In this document: piece after piece, positions 12,828 through 25,029 of the stretch
How positions within the stretch are numbered: the first letter of the stretch is position 1
Layout: every line of letters starts with the position of its first letter
NCBI GenBank assembly: GCA_051313645.2
Contig: JBNRSN020000010.1
Coordinates: forward strand, 117,676,001 to 117,740,000
DNA: 64,000 nucleotides
Source: Centroscyllium fabricii
Lineage: Eukaryota
Reading direction: 5' to 3'
The notes under the pieces: model-generated
What the model was told of the DNA's origin: nothing
The model's input: the letters and a program-made list of their open reading frames with translations, nothing else
The model's database searches: none
Made by a program: the position numbers and the translations under genes

Positions 12828-13622
12828 ACATACGATCATAGGAACAGGAGTAGGCCATTTAGCCCTTCGAGCCTGTTCTGCCATTCAATGAGATTATGGC
12901 TGATCTGCGACCTAACTCCATGTACAGGTTGTGCACCATTAATCCGCCACGGGCGGGACCAGGCCCGTGCCGGGAAATGGAAAAAAAACGGGAGAACGAG
13001 GTTGGACACTGCGCATGCGCACCATTCAAAATGGCCGCGCGCATGCGCGCAACATTGAGATTGGCTGGCGCGTGCATGCGCAGATCGGGCCCGGGTCCGC
13101 CGTCTCTCTCCATCGCCTTTCGGGTTGCTGCTGCTGCCGCCGAGCTGGACTCAGGCTGACAGCTGTTGCCTAGTGACTGTCCGCCTCAGTCACGGGGCTC
13201 AGCTGTCGAAAATAACCGGCGGCCGTATTGAATTATCTGCGCATGCGCTAACCGTCCGGCAACGCATGCGCAGATCATTCACTGAAGCCACGATGGCGGC
13301 GGCCATCTTGCGCATGCGCAGTGCAGTCGGGGCAATTTGTGCCGGCAGACTGAAGCTGCCGGCTATTCGGGACATGGATTTTCGGTGCACAACCTGTACC
13401 CGCCTTTGGCCCATATCCTTTAATCTCTTTGGTTAACAAAAACCTACCAATCTCAGATTCAAAGTTAACAATTGACCTGGCATCAACTGCCGTTTGCAGA
13501 AGAGAGATCCCAACTTCTACCACCCTTTGTGTGTAGAAGTGTTTCCTAATTTCACTCCTGAAAGGTCTGGCTCTAGGTTTTAGACTCTGCCCCCCTGGTC
13601 CTAAACTTCCCAACCAGCGAAA
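12828..13622 (-). mobile_element. CR1 3' fragment split by a MITE
   Basis: RPFRSEIRKHFYTQRVVEV plus a CR1 3' UTR stem-loop. Confidence 0.8.
12925..13396. mobile_element. Tc1/mariner/pogo-type MITE, CpG-rich, inserted in a CR1 3' end
   Basis: TA|CAGGTTGTGCACC ... GGTGCACAACCTG|TA. CR1 sequence resumes on both sides. Confidence 0.9.
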
Positions 13623-14595
13623 ATAGATGGATGGATTTGAAGACAAGAATGAGAATTTCAAATGTAATGCTTTGGGGGATCTCACCCTCCTAGCTTGGCA
13701 TTTGCTTTTTGAAGTGGGGAGACTGTAGCAGCAGTTTTGAAGACGAGAGGGAAGATGCCTGAGGAGAGGGAAACATTGTCAATGTCAGCTAGCATGCAAG
13801 CCAGGAAGAAGCATTGTGTCATCAGGAGTTGCTGGGAAGAGGATCAAGGGAGTAGGAGAATGGTATTTGAGATGAGGTAAGCTTGGAGATAACGGGGTGG
13901 GAATAGATGGGAATGCGGCTGCAGACATTCAGGTAGAGTGGGTTGGAAACTGGGGGTGAAGGAGCCGGGCTCTGCTGGGGGAATGGGTGTGAAGGCAGCT
14001 ACACAGATAGCCTTGATCTTAGTGATGAAGAATCCATGAGCTCCTTGCACAATGCTTGAGATGAGGGTGAAGGAAGAGGGCTTTAAGGAGGTGATTAGTC
14101 ATAGAGGAAAAGGAGCCTGGGTTTGCATACATTGATCCATCCATGGGAACTTTCCTACCGGGTACTGGATAGTGACCAGGAATGGGAACCCTAGCTGATT
14201 TTTCCCATGCTAGTCCATCAGCACCGAGACCAATTACAGAGCTTTAGCAGATGCCAGCTAACTCAAAACAGACTAGAAACGAATATTTGGGCCATTTTTC
14301 TCTGTAGGTCTAATTAGTGTACCAGGGCGAGCATTCACCCACTAGGTAGCCATGACAACAGAAATGGTGGCAGATAGAGCCAGCAAAGGGGAAAGAAATG
14401 ATCAAATATGAAAACTGGGCATTCCTTGCAGAAGCACAACCCCTGCCTGCAGATCATGTAATGGACCAAATAATAAAAATGGAGAAGCCCACAGCACAGT
14501 AAAAAGTAAATTACAAATAAGATGCCTGGTGGAAATAAATCTGTAAACCAACCTGTATGAGTCTTCTGAGTAAACAATGAGCTTTGCAATCAATG

Positions 14596-14992
14596 GGGTG
14601 GCACGGTGGTGTAGTGGTTAGCACTGTTGCCTCACAGCACTGGAGACCCGGTTCAAATCCAGCCTCGGGTGACTATCTGTGTGGAGTTTGCACATTCTCC
14701 CCGTGTCTGCGTGGGTTTCCTCCGGGTGCTCCGGTTTCCTCCCACAGTCCAAAGATGTGCGGGTTAGGTTGATTGGCCATGATAAATTGACCCTTAGTGT
14801 TAGGGGGATTGAATAGGTGGGGTTACGGGGATAGGGTGGGATATGTGTCGGTGCAGGCTCGATAGGGATTGAGGGATATGGGGAGAGGGCAGGGGCGGGG
14901 TGTTGGGTTTGGATGATCAGCCATGATCTCATTGAATGGCGGAGCAGGCTCGAAGGGCCGAATGGCCTACTCCTGCTCCTATCTTCTATGTT
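14596..14992 (+). mobile_element. Full-length HE1-like V-SINE, tail-B type
   Basis: Pol III A/B boxes, GTGTGGAGTTTGCACATTCTCCCCGTGTCTGCGTGGGTTTCCTCCGGGTGCTCCGG core, CR1 tail. Confidence 0.88.
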
Positions 14993-15034
14993 TAACACCT
15001 TTTAATAACCAGACACTACTAAAGAGATATAACT

Positions 15035-15135
15035 TTCTAACGAAAGGTCATCGACCTGAAACGTTAACTCTATTTCTCTCTCCACAGATGCTGCCTGACC
15101 TGCTGAGTATTTCCAGCATTTTCTGTTTTTATTTT
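15035..15135 (+). mobile_element. Penelope tail fragment with a core-mutated hammerhead (CTAACGA)
   Basis: AGGTCATCGACCTGAAACGTTAACTC...GCTGCCTGACCTGCTGAGT, the same tail as the other copies. Confidence 0.7.
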
Positions 15136-16501
15136 ATAATTTTAAAAATCCTGTTTTGTTATTTTTCTGCTAATTCTGCTCACTTAAAAAGTACGTATTT
15201 GAATGTGAGCACTGAGTGCTGATTACATTGTTTGAGAAACTGGCTGCAGGATTTCCTAAGCCTGACAGAGTGAGGAGCTGAATTAATGATAGTACAGACT
15301 GTCATTAACAGAAGATGCTTCGGTAATTTTCCCATTTTAACTGTGAGTGTTTAATTCAGCTTATTCACGTGTCTCTTTATATGGATTCCAACAGTGAATC
15401 TCTCCGTATACCAGGGAAGCCCTCATGGGAAAACTCTACTTTATTTTTAATACTGTTCTGCACAATATATAAATGTTTAAATCACTATGTGGCTTTACTT
15501 AGCACAAACAAGCAAGACTTCCGAAGCCTCAACAAGATGCACATATCTCAGTGCAGGCATGTTCTTTAGATAATTACCATGCAGAATCATTAGGAAACAG
15601 TATCGCTTTGGCTTGGATCTCTTTTACTATTTGGGCTCACATTTCACAGTTCTACTGTGTCAGGTTGCTGTGATTTAGTTGCTTTGCTCTCATGACCACC
15701 TTCAGCTAACAAAATTCCCTTCCACCTGTTTTGCTCCTGGTCAGGGTTTTGAAATCCTATACTTGAATGCGAAAGCAACTTTAGCAAAGGTCATGGGGTA
15801 CCAATAAGAATAAAAAAAGGTTATAGGTGGCTGCAGATAATAAATGCAGAACACCAGCATGAAATTTGATGTAAAGGGCCTCAAGCACTCTCTATACTGG
15901 TGTAAAGGGATTACGATGCGATTGGAAACCATGTTTACAAATCAGAAACAGAGCCCTGTGTATTGGAATTTTATTTTTAGATCGTCATAATTTAGCAATT
16001 GATTGCATGTTTGCACAAGTGTAAGTTAAAACTACAATATGCCATAATGAAGGACATTTTCCCCTCATATCATGTCGGAATATTCCAATCGTAGCTGCAA
16101 ATGCTTCATATGGCTGATGGAGCAGGAAAAAGGTGTATTTTCAACTCCAACTTGCTCTCATTTGTAATCAATTTCAATTAGCAGACAAATGAAGTTAAAC
16201 ACCAACAGATGGAACCCGTGCAATCAGGTAACTGCAATAGGAATGTGTTTCTATGCTTTTACTTCTCTCAGGACTGAAGCCCCTTTTGAATATAATCTAT
16301 TCTTTTTCTCACCTGCACTTAGCCTCCAATAAAGGGCAGATGCCTTCAGGGCTTTATTTCCATATCCCCACCGCCTCCCACCCCCACCTTAAGTAGCTAT
16401 TATCCAAACTAAAAGGAAGGGCAGGAGGCCAACTCACAGAACAACTCATGTACTGTTATTGGCCCAACATCCAGGGTGCACAATCATTATCCGGTGACAT
16501 A

Positions 16502-16851
16502 CAGGAAACTCTTTATTATCCGGCACCTAAATATCCGGAATTCTCTACTAATCGGCAAAATTCTCATCCGAAAACAACACCTCAATAACCAGCAATGTTG
16601 CCGAGTCCGAGTCGCCTGTGGTGGCTGAGTTAATCAGTGGGGGTAGTTCTCCAAACTGCCACAATCCACATCTATTTAACACAACATTCTGTAGGTGAGT
16701 ACCCAATTACTGTACACTGCAGATTCCTTGATTTTTTATTTTTCTTTGTTAAAAAAAAACCCTCAGTAGATAACCCTCTCTGTTATCCGGAAATTTTGAT
16801 AAACCGGCAGCACGCCAGTGCCATCGCTGCCAGATAATAAAGCATTTCCTG
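16502..16851. mobile_element. Tigger/pogo-like MITE
   Basis: TA|CAGGAAACTCTTTATTATCCGGCA ... TGCCAGATAATAAAGCATTTCCTG|TA. Confidence 0.85.
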
Positions 16852-17434
16852 TATCTACCATTTATCCCTTTCCTTTCTCTCCTCCACTCTCCCTCAATAT
16901 GGTCATCGTGACTATGTTCAGCACATCTGTGTGCAGCATGGCACAGCCGCAAGCTGAGTCGAGTGGAGGATTGAACCAGCATGGTGTGCACTGATGCTCC
17001 AACATGCAGCCCCACAGCTCTCTTTTAACAAATGTAACTTCTTTATCTCTGTGTTAAGCTGTTGGTTGGACATTTGCACAGCAGATTTCCTGGACAGTAC
17101 AAAGAGAGAAAATCATTAAACTATTCACCCTCCCCCAACAATCATTTTGATGTTAGCTCCCCAACATTAGGAAAGCTAGGATGGTAAAAATACTTTGGCC
17201 ACAGCCGTTGGTGAAACTCCTTTTTTTCCCAAAAGCTTTATATTTTTTGCTTCCAATTTTCTCCCATCTTCTCCCCAAAAACTCTTTGCTTGTCCAGCAA
17301 AGAGGCGCCAGAATTTCTGTTCAGTGATGCAGACAATGGTTTCACATTGCATTAATGGGACAATTTAGCCCTAAGTGTATACCTTTATAATGTAACTATG
17401 TGGTTGTGATACCAGTATCATTGTAAGAGTGAAA

Positions 17435-17550
17435 GAAAAGAGTTGCATTTGTATAGCGCCTTTCACGACCTCAGGACGTCCAAAACCGCTTTACAGTCAA
17501 TAAAGTACTTTTTAAGTGTAGTTACTGCTGTAATGTAGGAAATGTTGCAA
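17435..17550 (-). mobile_element. DeuSINE 3' end fragment
   Basis: TTGCATTTGTATAGCGCCTTTCACGACCTCAGGACGTCC... Confidence 0.6.
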
Positions 17551-18779
17551 GTGGACAACATATTTGTACTTTTCTGTAATCAGGGAAAGGAAAGTTTCAT
17601 GCACATGTACCTGAGAGGCATGTGCCGAGGCCCATGCATCAACTTAGTTAGATTAATGTTTAGAGAGAACTGTCAGGATAGTCAGTTTCTGGTACCACTA
17701 GAAACTTTAAGACACTGAAGGGACTGCATGAGTTCTTTTCTGATAAGCCTCCATATGGACATAAGTGAGCACCATTAGGGGCTCCAGGCCATGGCAATGG
17801 TCGCCTCCAATGAGCAATTTGTCAATTGGTCCCCTTAGGGGACATTACTGAGGCCTGGGGTTGGAGGGAGGCTTGTCAACCTTCCTCAATTAGTGGACAG
17901 CCACTGAATTTTCTTTTTTGCAGCGGGCAAGTGGGTTCCAGAGATGTGCCCACATGTACATGGGCACAAGGTAAATTAGGTGCCCTTCCACTGACTCCAC
18001 TAACTTGGGCGGGCAGCACTGCAGGGAACTGACAGGCATAATCTTGGCATAACTGCCAGGATCACAGCCACGGACTATCAGGGTCAGGACCTGTATGTTT
18101 TTCTACCTGAGATAAAGACCATTTAATATATGTTTTGGTGCTGACTCCCATTCTGCACCACTAAAAACCAGCTGCTTTAAATGACATTTGATGTTGAATG
18201 AAATTATTTAACAGTGAACTTTTAAACTATTACATTCAGCTTTAATATATTAACTTGCTGCGTGATTTAAAAAAATAATAATTGCTTGTGCTAATTGCTC
18301 TTAAAAGAGAATGATAAGCATTCAGGAAAAATAATGCATGGAAGCCTTTTTTTCAGGTTGCAAATGCTGAAAACTTTCATTTATTTTACTGTGTAGCTAA
18401 TTAAACAATATGGATTGTAAATACTTTGAACAAATTGCAATTTACTTCATTGTGTCCTTTGTTTGTACAATCCATATCTGATCAATACATTATTACTACT
18501 TTACTAATAGATACAGAGAACCAATCATATTAATCTACTAAAATCACTCAGATACTCGCAAGCTTTTCCATGACACTGTTTAAAGACTTTTTCATGATTT
18601 CCTTGTAAGTGGTTTGGATTCCACAGCACAATCCAGTAATGCATGCATTACACAGAAGATTTCTAATGACGGCACTGCACATTATACTTGAGAGTTCTAT
18701 CTAGCATATAATATAAAGATCAAAACAAGCTTGGTGTCTGTGACCGCATGCAGCGTTTCAGTTGTTCACTGCACTGTTA

Positions 18780-19908
18780 CTTGGATAGCAAAGATACGTA
18801 TGTCAGAATGCTGTTTATTGACTACAGCTCAGCATTCAACACCATCGTCCCCAGCAAATTGTCTAACAAACTCCTCACCCTCGGCCTGAACACCTCCCTC
18901 TGCAACTGGACCCTGGACTTCCTAACCAACAGACCACAGTCTGTGAAGTTAGGCAACCTCACCTCCCCCCCCCTTACCCTGAACACGGGGGCCCCACAAG
19001 GCTGTGTGCTGAGCCCCCTCCTCTTCTCCCTCTTCACTCACGACTGTGCGGCTGTCCATGGCTCCAACACGATCATCAAGTTTGCGGATGACACCACGGT
19101 GGTTGGCCAGATCACCAACAACGACGAGTCAGCCTACAGGGATGAGATCCAGCGCATTGTGGGATGGTGTGCCGACAACAACCTGGCTCTGAACACCAAG
19201 AAAATTAAGGAGATCATAGTGGACTTCTGGAGGACTGGAAGCAGAAGACACACCCCCATCTTCATCCAAGGGGCTGAGGTGGAAAGGGTGTCCAGCTTCA
19301 AGTTCCTCAGGGTCCACATCTCGGAAGATCTCTCCTGGTCACTAAACACCTCCTCTCTGGTTAAGAAGGCCCAACAGCGCCTGTACTTCCTAAGGAAGCT
19401 GAAGAAAGCCAGGCTGTCATCCGGCATCCTCTCCAACTTCTACCGCTGCACAATCGAAAGCATACTGACAAGCTGCATCACAGTCTGGTATGGAAATTGC
19501 ACCATCTCGGACCGGAAGACCCTGCAGCGGGTAGTCAAAACTGCCCAACGAATCACCGGTACCCAGCTACCGTCAATGGAAAGCATCTACCTCAAACGCT
19601 GCCTACGGAGGTCTCTGAACATTATTAAAGACCCCACACACCCCAGCCACAGTCTGTTCGCCCCCCTGTCCGGGAGATGCTACAGATCAATTCGCACCCG
19701 CACGACTAGATTTAAGAACAGCTTCTTCCCCAGGGCTGTCAGCCTCCTGAACTCTAAAAATAAACTCCGGTACCTGCACACCTGAAAATGTACTTTACTG
19801 TATGCAATTTGCATGTAATTTATTTGCACTATTCTCGGGAGTGTCGAGTCTTCGTCTCGTTGTATTGTACTAGTACTCTGCAATGACAATAAAACTTGAA
19901 TTGAATTG
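18780..19908 (+). mobile_element. 5'-truncated Rex1/Babar-like LINE (RT and C-terminus)
   Basis: Open ORF to 19785 with [56 protein letters not shown] and RFKNSFFP. Short 3' UTR with AATAAA and a (TTGAA)n tail. Confidence 0.85.
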
Positions 19909-21526
19909 TGTAAGTCCAGAGTTGGAGACCAGAATAGTGGCTTACTTGAACCATTAGTTCTATCAAACAAAACTTTGCCTTAACAAAGGCTCAAGTGTGT
20001 GTTAGAACATTAAAGCAAAATAAAATTAATAAATTAGCACTTAAATATAATATCCACAGGACTATATCATCAATTTCAGTGATAAATGAGATCAGAACAA
20101 TCTCACCTTTAAAATGAGATACTCTACCTAGCTACAAAGGTTGAGTTACATTTTAATGATCGAGGAGAAAACATTCTTTGCTCATACATTTGAACTTCTG
20201 AAGAATATATTATTTGGTTTAGTCGCCATATGGCCTAAGGCAAATGGTAAAAGGTTAATAAAGGCTTTAATTGAACCTGTCTCTAAAGTTGTGACACAAC
20301 GGCAGTTTTCTGTCTAACTTTCCTTGGGATTTACATATGGCATTAGCATTGCTACTGTAGAGTGCTTAGACAAACAAGCCATTGTTCGGAATACTTTTTA
20401 CAAAAAACAATTCTACAAGTGTAATTTACAGTGAAGGCTGCATTTGTTTGGAATAACAACAATATACTCAGTTTAGCTAGGAAACGTTAGGTGAGGACAA
20501 AATACTATGAACTGCAGAAGGAAAAGGTTGGAACACATTTATGCCCACGGTGATTTAGGGTTGACTTGGACACAAAGTAGTAAGATTGCATTATGTATTT
20601 CTATCACTTATAAATGTTGCAGTGTGAAGACTTATTTAGTAGCATGCCAATATATATGTCCAATTCCTACTAGTGTTTGGACACAGGTCAATGATTCCTG
20701 TAACAATCATGCTGGTATCTTATGATTCATTTTTCTGTTCCTTTCTTTTAGCTTCCTATGCCAGCATTATCTTCATTCAAAAGAGCAAGCAGGGAAAATA
20801 AAAGCCACTCTAAAACCATTCACTAAGAGGTGAGACCAACCTGCCTGTTACCATTTTGTGCCACAGACACATCCAGGGGTGTCATCTACAGCTCAGGAAT
20901 TACAAGGCAAGTGAGGCTAAATGGGGCCGATTTTCCTCTTTCCTCCTCCTCAGCCAGAGCAGAAGTCAGGCGCACTACAGTCAATATGTGCTCCACTCAG
21001 TAGGTGAAATATCTGAAACTGACTATATTTGTGGGCTCAGGACATTATAATCTGCTCCCCCCCCCCCCCTCCCAATGCCACCCTATCTCAGGAATACCCC
21101 TTCAAAGGGGGTTCCTACCAAAAGTGGGAGAGGAGACATCTTCAGCAACAATAATGGCCATTTCTTTTGGGGCCTTCTGGCTGCTATTCAGAAACAGCAG
21201 CCAGAATGCCTTCAACCCCAAACGCATCCTGCTTGCCCTGAAAAAATCACATTTTGGAGCCTCCAGGGGCTTGCTGTCTGCCCATTCACTGGCCCTCTGA
21301 TATGAGGGGGCTGGGTGCAAGCACTAAGAACCATTTCCTATGGATGTCACTGCATTTGTGTCTCTGCCAAGTGGAAATACAGGAAAATGAGACACGTTGG
21401 TGTCACGCCCATCTTATTACCATCCAATTTACACCTGTTCACGATAAAGGCACTTTGCTGAATCATATGGCCAAATCAGTAGAGTACAAGTGGAAGGAAG
21501 TGCACAAACAGTATAATTCTCAATTA

Positions 21527-22310
21527 CAGTCAAACCTGCACAGTAAGGCCACTCACAGGAAATGCAAAAAGTGGCCTTTATAGACAGGTGGCTTTTCTAT
21601 ACAGGTTTATGGTGGCCATTTTGTTTTTATGTACAGTACATGTATATGTATATGTATATGCACATGTAGTGACAGTGTATTCTTTGTGTTAGAATCATTT
21701 TTAATTGAATTGTAAAGTTTAGTCGAAGGCGACCCCAGGCGACAGCCAAGAAATTTTTGAATTCTTCGCCGATGTCGGACATTTTGTTTCGCTGCACGGC
21801 AGGCTCCGACACTCGGCAGCACTTTAAATGCCCATATCTCCGCACTCAGGCATTGGAGCGATGCACTTTTGTCACCGTTAGACTTGGCTTTGTCTGTTTA
21901 GTCGAAGGTGATCCCGGGCGACAGCCAAGAAATTTTTGAATTTTTCCCGATGTCGGCCACTTTGTTTCACGGTATGGCAGGCTCCAACACCCGGCGGCAC
22001 TTTGAATGCCCATATCTCCACACTCAGGCATCGGGGCGATGCGCTTTTGACACTATTAGACTCAGCTTCTCCTGTTTAGTCGAAACAGACCCCGGGCAAC
22101 AGCCAAGAACTTTTTGAATTTTTCGCCGATCTTGGACATTTTGTTTTGCGGCCGCTGGCTGCGACAAAACAAGTGACCACTGGTCGTGTTGAACAGGTGG
22201 TCGTTGTGTACAGGGCTTATAATACCGTATTTCTCTGCGGGGGAAACTGATGTGGCCACTATGAACAGGTGGCCGTTCTGTAGAGGTGGCCACTAACACA
22301 GGTTTGACTG
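21527..22310. mobile_element. Tigger/pogo-like MITE with an internal ~179-bp tandem array
   Basis: TA|CAGTCAAACCTG ... CAGGTTTGACTG|TA with subterminal CAGGTGG repeats. Internal units start at 21717, 21896 and 22074. Confidence 0.88.
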
Positions 22311-23199
22311 TACTTCAAATTATACCATAACAGTAGGACACAGGTTTAAACTAGTGGGACTGGCATCTGGAAATACTTCTTCACATAAATAGTCAGGAAT
22401 ACAAAGACTGGACTTCTGGGTAGATAGTGGAAGCAAAGATCCTGCAATTATTTAAGAAACAGTGGAATGCCATTATGGGGGGATGGATCCTCATCCGTTT
22501 CTAGCTTGAAATTTTGCCAGTAAATCATTGTTCAAAATATTCTAACAAACTGACTAAAAAGTACCAGATTCCAAACTTGACTCATTTTCAACTTGTACAG
22601 TACTATTCAGAACTTAAAAAATTCCAAATCCTCTCTGTCAGCAACAAAAATTAAATAGTCTACAACAACTAAAATTATAGTCACAGATATCCCATATTAT
22701 ACACAGTGAGCCTGTTGGTTCTTTAGAAAATTATTTAAGTAACAGAATATTCAGATCTTTGTATTTTACTTTTATCCTCAGTCATCATTTTAAGCATCAT
22801 TGTGCAAAAATGCTGTGCATAAATGTGCAAACTAACCATTGCCTAATGTAAAATAGATTTGGATGGTCTGAGCTGAAAAATTTAGAAACACAGTTCCTAA
22901 TGCTAACAAGTCTAACTTCCCAACCAGATGCTTATGAATGCACTCCACTGTTGCCTATCACTTGAAGCTGCCTGCTTCAGTTGGGGCACATTTATTCAGT
23001 TTTCTACTAGGCCACTTGTAGCAGTCTTATGCAAAATGCTCCACCTCAGGAAAAGAACAACTCTTGCAGGTATTGTCTACCTCAACTTAAAGCATGTCTT
23101 TGTAGATTACATAATGTGGAGGTGCCAGTGTTGGACTGGGGTGGATAAATGCAAGAAGTCACACAACACCAGATTATAGTCCAACGGTTTTATTTTAAA

Positions 23200-23237
23200 T
23201 CACAAGCTTTCGGAGCTTCTGCCCCTTCGTCAGGTGA
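23200..23237 (-). ncRNA. Minimal type-I hammerhead ribozyme motif (mirror copy)
   Basis: Exact reverse complement of 23251-23288. Confidence 0.75.
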
Positions 23238-23250
23238 AAGAGAGTCTCTT

Positions 23251-23288
23251 TCACCTGACGAAGGGGCAGAAGCTCCGAAAGCTTGTGA
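23251..23288 (+). ncRNA. Minimal type-I hammerhead ribozyme motif
   Basis: TCAC-CTGACGA-A-GGGGC-AGAA-GCTCC-GAAA-GCT-T-GTGA: stem I UCAC/GUGA, core CUGAnGA...GAAA, palindromic stem III AGCU, predicted cut after CUU (23284). Confidence 0.75.
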
Positions 23289-24264
23289 TTTAAAATAAAA
23301 CCGTTGGACTATAATCTGGTGTTGTGTGACTTCTTGCATTTGTAGATTACAGAGCGATATTGGTGGTGATCAGGAAGAAGCCCATGGCCTAGGCTGTCCC
23401 ACCTACCTCCTCTCTGAGGGAAACTGCATGAGGGTGAACTGAATACTAGTGGAAATAACACATTTCGCAATAAAAATGAAATGGGTTGCTTAGAGTGATC
23501 AGTAAAATGTTGCTTTAATTATTTGAAGAAAACTAAATGTGCAAGATATAGCCTATAATCACAGTTGTGTTAGAAACATTGTATTGCACATAATTATCAA
23601 TGTTACTGTTTTCATGCAGTCTTGATCAAAGCATTAATTTATATTCCAATCATTGATTTATTCCCATATGGCATTTCCTGCAGTTAAAAGTAGACAGAAA
23701 ATTACATTACAGCTTATAGTTGCAATTTGTCAAAACTGATTTTCACTATTATCTGCTAGAGTTTTTGCTGACCTATGTAAAACTTTGCATCCCAATTATA
23801 TCCCTTCAAAATCACACTATCTACATTAGATCAATAGAAAACAACCTGCTTATTGAGTGGACAATTTCACTAAACCACTGCAGGTATTGGCATATGTTGA
23901 TGTTACTGGCTCCCCGTGCAGAGCAATAAATCAGTGGACAAGAATAAACAATGCACAAGTGACAGAAGAAAGAGAGAACTTAATTCCCTCGCCAGCTACA
24001 TGGAGATCTGGAAGTTGAACTCTTGATTGTAAACTGTTTCCCAGCTTAATCATCCTACCACATCTTATCTGTGTTTGTCATCAACCATCTTTATTACACT
24101 GCACAAGCCTTTATAACCCACCACTGATTCTGTTATCAGTAATCAATTCTGAGTAAAATATGCGTGAAAATGGTGCTATTTTGTAATATCCAAGACTAAC
24201 AAAATTATCAAAATGCAAAATCCTTAATCTAATTAGAAGCATTACTTACAGTGAACTTTAAATC

Positions 24265-25029
24265 GAGAAATTCGGTGGCTTGCGCCTGCCGTTAGCGCCC
24301 AAAGCGGGTGCTAATGGGGCACAAGACACATAGCGCCTGCGCTGCCGCCTCCCGCAGTATTCAGTGGGGCGTTAAGGTGGGCGGTAACCGGTAGTGCCCC
24401 ACTGAATATTACACGCTGCTTGCCGCCGGGGATGACATCATCAGTGCGCGCAGCGCCACTCTGGTGCCAGCGATTGAAATTGGGTAGCGCCCGCTGAGTT
24501 TTCGACGGGCGCTGGCCGCGACAGCTTCTTCCAGCCGTAACTACAGCAGGGGAGCTCTGCTTAAAGGGGAGGGTGCCGGGTGGCCATTTTTATTGCTGGC
24601 CGACTGCCAGCACCTTCCCCCTCTGCCACCCCCAGCCTCCCCCGCTACCCCGCCGCGGTGTCCTACCTCCGATCACTGAGCCCGGCACTCCCCTGGAGTG
24701 ACGGGCTCCTTCGGCAGCATGTCATCCCACGGCGGCCCCGCGGGGCTCCGGCCGCAGCCGCACTAGGGCCCCTCCCCTTTAATCGGGGAGGAAGGCCTGC
24801 AGTACCACGGGCCGTCACTCAGTGCTGCATGTTGCAGCGACCCCCAGCGCCTGGAACTTCGGCTGCAGCGCCTGAGAACGAGGTCGGGCGTCTGTTTTAG
24901 CACCCGACCTCCTGCTATGGGCGCTACAACTGAATTTCAGCACTAATGGCACCAGCGGTTGGCAGGCGCTAAAAGTAGCGCTGCGCCAAGGTTAGTGCCA
25001 GGAAATGTGCGCTACCGAATTTCTAGCCC
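24265..25029. mobile_element. Non-autonomous Harbinger-type element (same family as 49320-50072)
   Basis: GAGAAATTCGGTGGC ... ACCGAATTTCTAGCCC. Colinear and clearly similar to 49320-50072 by eye. Confidence 0.8.

Larger units (their letters stand above)
23112..23341. mobile_element. Penelope-type short insertion with inverted terminal duplication (perfect 97+1+97 palindrome)
   Basis: Arms 23147-23243 and 23245-23341 are identical. TTTGTAGATTACA occurs at 23099-23111 and 23339-23351. The same tail occurs singly at 32441-32527. Confidence 0.85.

Noticed and set aside
14596-14670. tRNA-like sequence (also at the other SINE heads)
   Set aside because: It is the Pol III head of a SINE that continues into the V-domain, not a tRNA gene.
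21717-22165. Possible CRISPR-like repeat array
   Set aside because: Contiguous tandem units with no unique spacers, in a vertebrate context with no cas genes.
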